A stretch of 64,000 bases of DNA from Zygnema circumcarinatum SAG 698-1b. Taxonomy: Eukaryota > Plantae > Zygnematophyceae. The DNA lies in contig CM074817.1 in NCBI GenBank assembly GCA_037447605.1, forward strand, positions 1,860,001 through 1,924,000, written 5' to 3'. The notes under the pieces were generated by a model, which ran no database searches, was not told the DNA's origin, and saw only the letters and a program-made list of their open reading frames with translations. Made by a program: the position numbers and the translations under genes. Positions within the stretch are counted from its first letter, which is position 1, and each line of letters begins with the position of its first letter. Positions 29,201 to 40,600 of the stretch are shown in pieces.

Positions 29201-32200
29201 CTTTGTTGAAGAAGCCTTTCTATCTTGCCACTCACTTCCCTTGTTAGTCTCACTCGCCTCAGATTTTGCGAGAGAGTCTAACTCTTGGTTTATGCCCGTT
29301 TCCGGATCGTTCATTCTTGAAACACTTTTTTTAACAGCCTTTCTCTCCTCTTCCTGCCTGTTTGCAGTAAGTAGCAGAAGGAGACGCAAGTCAAACTTGA
29401 CCACTGCAACACCAGGGATAGGGCACCCTCCTTGTACTGCTTGAGTCTCTAACTGCTGCTGCTGCTGAAGCAAAGAAGGTGGTGATCTCACAGGAGAAGT
29501 AGCAGCTGATCTATAATTCAAAGCATCTGACGATGAGGTTTTCACCGACATCTCGTGTGCAGATAATGCTAAGGTTGACATAGCTCCTGAGAATGAGCTT
29601 GAGGAATTACTGGCAAATGAGGTGAGTACAGCCGAAAGATTGTCAGTTTTGGTGGGAGCAGACTTCCATGTGCGCTTCTGCAGATTAACTTCTTCCAATA
29701 TGTCCAACTGAAGTTGGTCAAATGCACCACGACTCACTCCTTCATAAGCAGCCACTCGAGCAACCAAATGGTTATAGAGAGAGCGAGCATGTAGCCCTTT
29801 AAGAATCCTCTCTCTCGCTCCTGACTGCAAATCCCAAACAAAAAGTGTTTCTACGGATGACAATGACGGCCCTGCCACAGTTTTCGACCCTTCCTCCATT
29901 TTACGCGATTCTTTCTCTTCTTCAAACCCTGTGTCAACTTGTTCCCTTTCCTCGAATGCATCTGCCAAACGGTTATCTTCTCGAGCTTCATCCTCCACCT
30001 CTTTTGAATACCCCCCAGACTGAGCTTCTTGTACCGTGGTGGTTGCCCTGCTCTCGTCATCGTTGCGAGATTCAAACTTCCCCCAATTTTCGACCTCACT
30101 TTTCCGGCGTGTTTTCTCACCCTGCTGAGATTCCTTAGCCCCTAAGCTTTCCTCTACAGAATTGCAGCTGCAAAGGCAAGCAACATATCCCTGCTGACCA
30201 TCCCACACGATTCTTTTAGGAAGACTTGAATGCCCTGGAAATATCCTCTCGCAACTCAGAGTCTCTATCGAAGAAAGAGCCACCACCCCATCGTCTGACA
30301 ACGATAAGAAGCAATATGCCCAGGGAGGAGGGGTGCCACTCGGTGGGAGAATTAGCTGCCGAACAGGGCTTGTATGGTGATGAAGTACAGCAAGAGCAGT
30401 GATTTCACCCAGTAAGAAATCACCCTCAATTCCTTCCCCTCCAAAATCCCAAATCCTGACCGTCCAATCCATGCTGCTAGACAAAAGCACTCGCGAAGGT
30501 TGACTTTCAGTCGAAATGTTCGAAGATCTGGAATGTGGAGAAGTGTTTCCACCCATAGCAGCTGCTGCATTGTGTTCAACAAGGCATAGAACAGGCCCTT
30601 TGTGGCCAAGGAGAGACTTCACTGCTAGTGGATTATCTGAATCGTCGGGTTTCCATTGTGGTTCAGACACTTCCTCATTGTGATTTTGCCAGCTATCAGC
30701 AGTTAAAGCTAACACTTTAATTACACCACTCGAATACCCTCTCACAAGAACAGCTGGTGCAAGAAGTCCCCCATTAACAAGACAACTGGCAGTTGCGACA
30801 TCTTTCCACCCCTGCTGTTCTCCATGCTTTTCAGTATTAGCATCGACAATTTTGCGAAGAAAACTCTCTGAGATATCCACGTTGTCGGAGAGATCTTCTG
30901 AAGAAGGCCATTCGCTGGGATTTTGCCATCCCTGCCTCAGTAATGTACTCTCATAGAGGAGAGCATCCCCTTGATTGTTTCCTGCAGACCTTGAATGCCA
31001 AACTTCGAGTTGCAGATTGGTGCCCAATCCATTATCCAAAATGGAGGGACCTCTAACTGTCCTGACTACCATATCTCCTAGCTGTGTGAACTGAAATTGA
31101 AGGGAGGAAAAAGCAACTGCTCCATTAGATTTGACAGGCGGCAGGAAAGTAATGGTTTTCACAATCGGAACAGGGGCATGGAACAGTGAATCTGGGATAG
31201 AATAAAGTTTTGCGGCCCCTGCTTCATCCCAAATGAGAAAACCGCATGGCATCTTCTCCCTCGCCTCAAACTCTTCTGATTGAGTTTCGGCAGACATCAT
31301 CACTTCATCAACAAAACCAGTTCCTTCCAGGAAAATTCCCCCAGCCAGCAACGTTGGATTCTTCAAAGCATCTCTCCGTTTATTCTCCGCTATTCTCACC
31401 TCATCATCTAACCCCTCTGCGGTTTCAAAAATTGGGCCATTCCAGTCGCCCTGCATAAGGACTTTTCCTAATGCGGAAGATTCCAATAGCCAACCATGAG
31501 TCCCAACGTGTAACACCAACAAGGCATTCAATGATACTGCTACTGTGCAACCATGCACTCTAGTGTTTTCTTTATCTCCAACCAAAGCCCCCCTGTTCAC
31601 TGGATTAGCACCTATTAACCCTTCCAGCTTGTGAACTTGCCCTTTCCTGTCAGCAATAATGGCTGCATATCCTGAAGGACCTGAAGCTTCCCCTGCACCA
31701 AGAATCTTCATAGTATTCAAACCAATTGCCCAGATAGCATCGACAGATAGCTCTTCACTTCCGATGGTCTGAAGAACTGTCAAGCTTAGTACATCTACCA
31801 CGACTATGCAGCAGCCAATTCCTTCCCCACGATTTCGCAGACTAGTCACCCGTTCTGCACCAGTTCCGAGCCTCTCCGCTCCTTCACCCTGGCCAAGTTT
31901 ACCGCCCTTCATACTGACATTATTACATCCTATGCATACATATCTCATCGCATTTGGCACTCCCCGTGCAGTGTTTGGAGTTCCTGTCCCAAGCGGCAAC
32001 TTTCGGCGAATGCGACATCTTCCACTCCAAACATCCCACACACACAAAACCCTTTCTTGGCATGCACTAAGCACAGAGTCAGCAAATGTCACATCTGCCG
32101 TTCCACTCTTCTTTTCAGTTCCTGACTCCCCACAGGCAGAAACTTCCTCAGATACCTCCGCAGAATTGAAATTGAGTCTACGAGACAAGCCGGTGTAGCT

Positions 32201-33842
32201 TGTGTGGGCTGCAGTAGGGGCAGAGGGAGTTGAAATTCCACTGCTGCAAGGGGTGAGGAAGGAAATAGGCGACTTGTGACCATGAAGAAGTGCAGCTGGC
32301 CAAACACGGCGTGTGCCATGGCTTGCCTGTGGGTGAATGATAGCACAAGAAAGAGAAAACCAATATTTTGCTTCAGAAAGAAGCTTGGAAGCAAGTTAAA
32401 AGAGTCACTGTTTGCTGCGGGGTTTCAATTCTTGCACGTACAAATGCCAAGAACAGTTACGGAAACTTTCTTTTCATGTGTTTCAGTCACTCTACGAGGT
32501 TGCTACAAGAACACGCACGCTCAAATTCAGGCGGGATATACGTGCAATTTTCTAAGCTATATAGATGAAAGCCAGCAACTACTCTATCAGTTGTCTAATG
32601 CAATCTAGCCTTAGCGAAGCTAAACCTTATTCTTTTCAGAGTTCCTTATGCTGTACAAAACACATCAGTTGTATGTTTGAGACAATCGCAGCTAAAACCA
32701 AAGGAATATGGCCCCTTAAATAAAAATTGATAGGAGTGAGATTTAAAATGTGAACGACATTAACGGGTTCTGGATCACGATCCACTGACCACAGAACCAT
32801 GAACTACATCCAAACGAGGCAAGCAGTCTAGAAGTCCCCCTAATGATTTAGAAAAAGGAAACCTCTTAAAATGTTTTGAAGGAAAGCTAACTATAATCTT
32901 TTGTAAATATTGAGGGAGAGAAGACAACAAAGTACACAGTTGATGCTGAAAAGGCTTTGGCATTTCACTGGAATTTAAGTCGTGCCCTGACAATTGTGAA
33001 CGGTGCCATTAGTCATGGGAATGTGCAACAACGTACATTATAGGAATTCAGCGGTTTTCAGCAGAACTGAAACGAAACGTCCACCTTATGAATGTAAAAA
33101 GACTTCTAAAGGAAAGAATGAGTGCGTAACTAGACAATATGAGCGAATAGGTCCCTTTGTCCTCCGCATTATTGACAAGATTTTAATAAATTACGTTCTT
33201 AATCAATGAAACGAATTCACTTCGTGCTTGATTATAACATGGTTATAATAATATGTTAATAGTACCAATAATACAATAATAACAATAATAATAGCAATAA
33301 TAACATGTTATTATAACATCCTTGACCCACAATTTTCAGCCTTTCAGTCCTTAATTCGATCTTGTATTTGAAGATATCAATTTGAACCAACCTTCTTCAA
33401 AAGCCACATACAAGTATGAGTTATGTTAATTCAAAACCACTCTCTTTGGCCAAACTCTGCATTACAGGCCATTCCCTCCCTCCACCTCTCGTTTACTTCT
33501 TTCCCCCAGACACAGTCTGTCTAAAGATAGCCGCAGAAAGTCCCTAAACTTATCCCCATAAAAACTCACCTCTGGCGGAGATGCTTGATCTTCTTCGGAC
33601 GTTTTTTTTTGCTCTGCTCCACCTCTATCCTCATCTCTCAGCCCTGAAAGGTCATTGCTGTCCTCCCGACATTTTCCCCACTCTTTCGAGGCCGTAGTGC
33701 TGATGCTCCATTTAACAATGTTCCCCTCTCTCCCACCCGTCCAAATGGAGAGGGGAGATGGGAGGGCAGTAAGGCATTCCACAATATGTTCAGGAGGCTG
33801 GTCTGCCCACAGCGCCTGCGCAATAACGCAGTTCGCAGCCAT
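26211..33842 (-). CDS. WDR7: WD40-repeat protein, WDR7/rabconnectin-3beta-like, about 1848 aa, 5 exons
   Basis: Exons 33842..33570, 32326..27809 (4518 nt), 27603..27386, 26936..26594, 26405..26211; phases consistent. Motifs IWTGGREGNIVKW, ALLHGHKSPI, LCVWDVWSGRCRIRRKLP, GHKGPVLCL, SSSMDWTVRIWD, RIFPGH, KVRILDASGPPG, ISAIAFSPDGEGLVAFS, RWWSLGSQWWEKLS, as in plant WDR7. Confidence 0.92.
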
Positions 33843-34794
33843 GGCTCTCCAAACCCTACTAGCTGGCCTGCTTCCATTTTCTCCAGAGCGCCATCAAGAT
33901 GCAAGAGCTAAGAGAAGCAGACAGCGAGATAGAATGAGCACTGCAGGGAGACGGGGACTGCAAGGGATGCCGTACGGAGGGAAAGCAGAGGGAGAGAGCT
34001 GCAGGGCCGCGTCTGTCAAGGTGCGAACTTTCCTGCGCTGAAGCTATTAGGGATTCTCGCGAAGCCTTCACAGGATGAGACCATGAGGAGATCCATCATG
34101 TGAGGCTGAGCGTCGCAGTCCCAGGCCGAAGAGAGCTAGAGTTCGAATAAGCCACTGTTCATAGACTACCCTAAAGAAGGCTTCTAAAGTGAGAGGATCT
34201 TTTACCTTTTTCACTTATTCTCGATTAGCACTCTGCCCTTTGCTTTACATTTGCAAAACGAATCATTGTTTTAAAATCGGATTACGGTCTGTTCGAAATG
34301 TTCATTGCTGGTTTCAAGCGAAGCTGTCTTCTTATACTTGACGAGCGCATGATACGCAGTCAATTCCTGAAAGTCGACGCTTGAAACTCAGCCTACTTTG
34401 GTGAAGATTGCCTTCTTGTCCTCGTTGGAGAATCAACCAGTAAGTGATGAGGTGCACTGTTGGTGAGTAAATCATAGAGTACATGTAAGCTGTTAAGTTC
34501 CCTGAAGGGCCTCAACTGAAGAACGAATGGGCTGCTTCTAGAGCTTAGCCTTCTGTCAAATTTTCTTTCCCACTTCCTCTGTGCTTCACTCGTGGATTGT
34601 TGTTGTTGTTGGATTGATTGTTGATTGTCTCCTGGGCTGTGTCGTATCGAATCTGCTTGGAAGTTATACCTTTTGCCATTTGCTGAGTGATTACCAGATA
34701 TGTGCCTGACTTAGTATTCGATAGAAGTAGGCGGTCATTCTAGGCTTCGTTGTGATGCCTCCAACTCTTCAGCTATCAAGTTTGCAAACGTGAT

Positions 34795-34941
34795 ATGGAT
34801 AGCATCCAAGATAGAGATGGATATCTATCGATAGATGTACATGACATGTATATATATATGTATGATGTGTATGATATATATATTTTGTATACGATATTTT
34901 ATATAAAAATATATAGATGTATCAGAGAGATGGATAGCATC
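34795..34941. repeat. AT-rich low-complexity insert flanked by 12-bp direct repeats (ATGGATAGCATC)
   Basis: Direct repeats at 34795-34806 and 34930-34941. Confidence 0.6.
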
Positions 34942-35194
34942 GGCGACTTTTCTTCACTTAGTTTTGCGACGCTCGAGCTTCAAACATTAAGGTCTCATCA
35001 TGCTAAGAGAAGATTGGATGGAAAAGATTGACAAATTCGGTACATTTTCTAGTTTCTGTCGTTGGAATGACGTTTCTGCTTGAAAGCTTTTGCATTTACT
35101 TTGTATGGCAGGCCACTGGGCTTCTGGCTTTGTTTACAACCCATGTACCCAGCAATACCCAACAATCTTGTCGCTTACAGTCTTTACGAAGGGA

Positions 35195-35865
35195 GGGGTG
35201 CGGAGGGGAGGGGGGAGGGCGGAGGGGGGAAGGAGGAGGGAGGGCGAGTCGAAGCGAGGGGAGGTGTCAAGGCGACGAGAGGCGAGGCGAGGTGAGGAGG
35301 GGAGGAGGATGGGAGTAGGAGGGGAGGAAGGAGGACGAGGGGGAGGAGGCGAGGAGGGGAGGGGAGGGGGCGGGAAAGGAGAGGAGAGGAGAGGAGGGGG
35401 GCGGGAGGGGGAGGTTGGGAGGGGGGAAAGGAGGGGAGGGGAGGAGGGGTCGAGGATGAGGGGAGGAGGTGGGGAGGAGGATAGGAGGAAAGGAGAGGGG
35501 AGGAGGCGCGGAGGAGGAAGGGCGGATGGTATGAGGAGGGAAGGTGGGGAGGACGAGAAGAGGAGCCATATAAACCCTACGAACCCTTTATTGTCACCGT
35601 CATTGTCGTCGTCGTTGTTCATCGTCATCGTTGAGGAGGACGATGAACAACGAACACAAGGATGACGAAAAAAGGATTTTTAAGTTTTTACGGTTCTCCT
35701 CCCCTCCCCTCCTCCCTTCCAGCTCTCCTCCTTCCCTCCTCTCCTCCTTCTCTCCTCTCCCCTCCCCTTCTCCTCCCCCCTCCTGCCCATCCTCCTGGCC
35801 TCCTGGCCTCCTCCTCCCCCTCCCCTCCTCCTCGTCCCTTCCTCCCCTCCCTGGCTCACCTTGGA
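35195..35865. repeat. G-rich (GGAGG)n tract, central hairpin, then C-rich (CCTCC)n tract
   Basis: 35195-35560 purine-rich; 35690-35865 pyrimidine-rich; perfect 14-bp stem 35613-35626/35639-35652. Confidence 0.8.
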
Positions 35866-36419
35866 AACTGAGTTACTGAGAGAGATACAAATTTTACGGT
35901 TGGAAACAATCTACAAGATAGTTGGGTATGGACATGGGCACTTGTAAACAAAGCAGAAGCCCCAATAACCTGCCCTACAAAATAAGTGCAAAAGCTTTCA
36001 AAGAACACCTTCACTTCAGTGACAAAACCTTGAGTTGAGTGAGGAGTTCAACAGCGGACTGCAGCCTTGCTGCATTCACAGTACGTAAAACCTCATCTGG
36101 CAGTTCAGCATAGATAGGGGGCTCGCTCCATGTGTGCGCGCGCGTCCATTGTTGAACGGAACTGAACTGAGTGATCCGTCAACAGAGCGGTTCGGAACAC
36201 GGAACAGTAAGGAACGGTACGAAACGGTACGGCGAGAGGCCTCCCTCCTGGCCGTACGATCGTACGGCATCGTGGCGGGCGGGAGAAGCTGGCGGGCGGC
36301 AGGCCGGGCCTCGGCGCGGGCCGCGTACGGACGGTCGGCGCAGGCGGGCGGACGGTCGTACGGCTGCCGCCAGGTGGCAGGGTCGGGGGTAGGGCCTCTG
36401 GGTAGGGAGGGTTCACAGG

Positions 36420-37115
36420 GCGGACCATTGGACCAACCAGTCGACTGGTTGCCAACCATTGGCGCCGGATCGAAACAACAATTCGAATGGTTCGGAACCA
36501 GTGGATGTCAATGGTTGGCAACTGGTTCCGAACCATTGGAATGGTTGTTTCGATCCGGCGCCAATGGTTGGGAACCAGTCGAATGGTTGCCAACCACTAG
36601 ACGAATGGTTGTTCCAATAGTTGCCGATCCAATGGTGTGGTAGGGTTAGGACTAGCGATAGGGTAGGGGTAGGGGTAGGTGTAGGGGGTTGGGGGTAGGG
36701 GTAGGGTTACGGTTGGTTAAGGTTTGGGTTTGGGTTCGGGTTTTTTTTGGGTAGGGTTGAGGGTTAGGGTTAGAGTTAGGGTTAGGGTTAGGGTTGGGAA
36801 TAGTCATGGAGATTCACCCTAACAAGGACCCTAGCGGCAGGTGCAGTGCATGGGCATGGGCATGTTCGAATGGCGCTACAACATTCAACCATCAACCATT
36901 CGGACCATTGGATCAACTATGGGAATGGTTGCGAACCATTGATTCACGAATCGCGACTCAAACAACCATTGCCAATAGTTTTAACCATTGGATTCAATGG
37001 TTGCCAACCATTGCCGTCAGACCGAAGCAACCGTTGCCAATGGTCGCAACCGTTGGCTGCCAATGGTTTCGAACCATTGACGTCAACCATTGCCATCCAA
37101 CGGTTGTCCAATGGT
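36420..37115. repeat. Foldback minisatellite element (AACCATTGG-type units) with a 69-bp-stem hairpin and a central degenerate TTAGGG-like tract
   Basis: Hairpin arms 36434-36502/36521-36589 (4 mismatches); TAGGG/TTAGGG-like run 36642-36797; a second AACCATTG block at 36880-37110. Confidence 0.85.
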
Positions 37116-37654
37116 TGAATTGGACCTGTGCACAAGCGACATTTGCACCCCGAGGCCAAAGGATGCGGCATTGATCTCACGATGGCGATGATGCCATCAG
37201 ATATGTACATGCAAAAAATCATCATGGGGAACCACGAGGAAGTGCTCGCAAAGGGCCTAAGCAGTAAGCACAAGAAAAACTGGCCGGGGCCCCGAGCGGC
37301 CCCGGCCATCGATTGCCCGCTCGCCCTCTCAGCCGTCGATCTGCCGCGGAGCGCGCTGCGCCTTCCGTCGGCCCCGCGGGAGGTGCCACGTGGCCCCCCT
37401 GGCCGGCCGGCCGTCGCAGCTCTGTGGCGCGCAGGAGAGGAGGGCTGGTCGGTGCCGCTGCTCCTGGCGCCGCCCTGGCCCGGCCGGGCCGCCGGTCGAC
37501 GAGGCGAGGGAGGGAGGCAGGGAGGCTAGTTGTTGAATCCGTGAAGGATACAGGGGGAGAGAACGGGAGCGGGAGAGGGAGTGGAGAGGGAGAGTGGAGA
37601 GGGAGCGGAAGGAGAGGGAGCGGGAACAGGAGAAGAGGGAGGCGAGCCGCAGCT

Positions 37655-40600
37655 ATGCCGCTTCACAGTTACCGCAATGGAACCCTGGTGCCTGTAGGCG
37701 CTCCAGCAGCAGAGGTTCCGCAGCTCAAGCGGGAGACTGCTTGCGTGAGGGGGTGTTGCGTGAGCCAGGAAGTCCAGCTTGATCTTGGCAAGTACGAAAT
37801 GACAGCGCTGTCAGAGATTGCAAGAGGTGCGTGGCCATGGCTGGCTTTCAAGCTGGGATGATTAGGGCACCTGATGAGTATATGTACATGAGTACATGAG
37901 ATAGAGGCAAGCTATTCATTACATCGTGAATTGGATGAGCAAGCTAGAAAATTAGAAAAAAAAGATGGCTCGCAGTAAATAAGTATATGCAGCAGTTTCA
38001 GCCAGCTTGCAGAAATTTACGTGTTCCGACTTATTTACAGAATGAGATTTGTAAAAGTCCAAGGTTATGATCGCAGTTCATCTCTTGCAGGTGCTGAGAG
38101 TATTGTGTACAGAGGCACTCTGTGGGGCGGATATGTGGCAGTAAAAAAACCTCGACTTTCAAGCGCTGAAGATATTAACCGGTTCCACCACGAGCTTCAG
38201 TTGTTGAGGTTGCTCTTTCAACTCGCCATTCACATGCAGAATATCTGTTCAGCAAAATTGTGCTAACTTTTAGACATTTTACCTCAACTTACCAATTTAT
38301 TGAAAGGCATGACTTGTCAAGGGGGGGACAAGCGAGATTTTTTTTTTTACGGGTAGCTTAAGTATTGAAACTTATCCTATCATAGCCTCGTTGCATCTCC
38401 TGTCCGGTAATTGTTGCTTGACTTTCTTTTGAAAACATGGTTGTTCTTGTTTGTTTTCTGAACTGTTGTTTCATACTTCAGCAAGTTGAGGCATCCAAAC
38501 ATCGCAACACTGAAGGCAGCCCGCGCTCATCCTCCTGATTATGCATTTGTTTTTGAATACTATGAGCGCGGGAATCTGTCGGATGCACTCCACGTAAAGG
38601 AGTGGAAGCCAAGTCAGCACGATATACTAAGCATTGCCTTTCAAATAGGTGAGCTAGACGCCTACAGGTGGCGGACCTGCTGTACGGTGTGTTAACATCT
38701 GATTTTGCACACTGGCGAGGAATTTTAGGGCATTTTTAGCAAAGGTGCGGAGACAACCTCAGATAGTGTTTTTGTCCTGAGCATCGCCAGTGGTTTTTGA
38801 ATTGCAGCATCCGCCTTGCAGTATATCCATGGCCAGGGAGTTGTGCATCGAGATGTCAAGCCGGCTAATGTGTTGGTAAGCCTCTGTTAATTGTCCGCCG
38901 TTGTGCATCCTTAGTACAGCTGTTAGCCGTGCATCTGTTTCGGAGATAGCCCTTGTGAAGGATCAGTGAAGAGAATGCACTCCCACTCAGTGAGAAGAAC
39001 GTCGTACTTGTGTGCAGCTCGATAATATTGGGAAGGCACATCTTGCGGATTTCGGTCTGGCTGTATACGTGAACTCTCTGGAGAAGCACACTGCCAGCAA
39101 CTGGCAGGGTACTGGGAAACCGACAGGAGGCTTCCACAAGAAGAACATGGTCGGCACGCTGCAGTAAGATTCTCGCAGTAGCTGCTTTAGCTGCAGGAGA
39201 TGATAGGGGCTGGTAGGGGTAAGACGGTAGTATGCTCAGTTCGGCCATCTTCGGCGGTGAAGATAAGAAATCTTGGAAGTCAGAGATTCATGCTTGGCTT
39301 AGATGAACGGAAGGTAAGGAATGGCATTAGCCAGCTCCTTTCTGAAAGGCGATATGGAGCGTCGTTTGTGTAAAAGGATCTGCACTTGTCCGGAAGGCTG
39401 TTGACAGAATTAGGGCCGTCGTGTTCGCTGTAGCTTATTGAAGGTCAGAAGCAGAGCAGGAAAGGGTCTGAAAAATGAGCAAGTGCAGCAGTGGAGTCAT
39501 TAGGTAGATGTTATTGTCGGAGGAAGGAGGCCTGAGTCGAGGAATGTTTCGATGGAGGAGCTTGCAGGTACATGGCTCCAGAGGTGCTGAAGAAAGAGGT
39601 GCACAGTGACAAGTCGGATGTGTTTAGTTTCGCCATTACTGTGAAGTGAGTGAGCTCTTCCATTCTGCTATCTACGATGTTTCTGAAATTACAGCACATG
39701 TAGAGCGCTGAAACTTCCAGTACTTTCTGGACTGACTCGTACATTTTTTCCCGGCTTGCTTGTCAGTGAGCTGGCGACGGGGGTTTTCCCGTACTCAGAT
39801 CGTACCACCGATGCTCAGGTGAGGACATAAGGAAAGCCATGAAACTGGTTGTAAAAGATACATACTTATATATGATGTACCTGTACGTTGAATTTTGAAG
39901 TTGTCGATGATATGCTGCCTTTACAGGAGGTGGAGACTGACAATACTCCCCTCCATGCAGGCTCATACCGTCCTTGAAATGAACTATGGCGAACAACAGC
40001 TTGCTGCAGCCATTACATCCAGTGGCTTGCGTCCCGTACTCCCAGAGGAGGGTGGAAATGTCCATCCTAGCCTCTCTGCCCTCCTGGAGAGATGTTGGCA
40101 TGAAGATCCTCTACAGAGGCCATCCATGACGGAGGTTGTGCAGCAGCTGAGTTGCATGTTGGAGGAGTGTCTGAGGGATGTAGAAGAGGTCCCAGCAGTT
40201 GACACATTCTGTTCAGAAATGGTCGGAGCACGGGAGATACTTTTTGAAGAGGAGGGTATCGCGACAAGGGGCAGATTTGACTGGGCAAACATTGCAGAGC
40301 TTCACTCCTCTGGTGAACAAAAGCTCACAGATGTTTTCCATAGCGATGCTTATAGCGGATATTTGCCCACTCTCTCCTATGGAGCGTTTGCAACATCCGG
40401 TGCACGAGAGAAGATGGAGGATCGCCACTTCATGGCTGGCAAGCTGGGGGAGTTCGAGCATGTGCATGCGTTTGGGGTATTTGACGGCCATAGAGGTAAG
40501 TTGCATCACTGTCTAACATAAGGCTTAAATTGCAGCATAGTTTGGATTTCCTTCGACTACCTATTCCCTTGGTTTATCGTGCTTTTTACGAGCTTACTAT

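Noticed and set aside
36642-36797. True telomere or chromosome end
   Set aside because: Short, degenerate and flanked by genes on both sides.
36076-37529. Multiple 70-170 aa overlapping ORFs
   Set aside because: They derive from GC-rich promoter and minisatellite DNA with repeated W/Q/P patterns; no domains.
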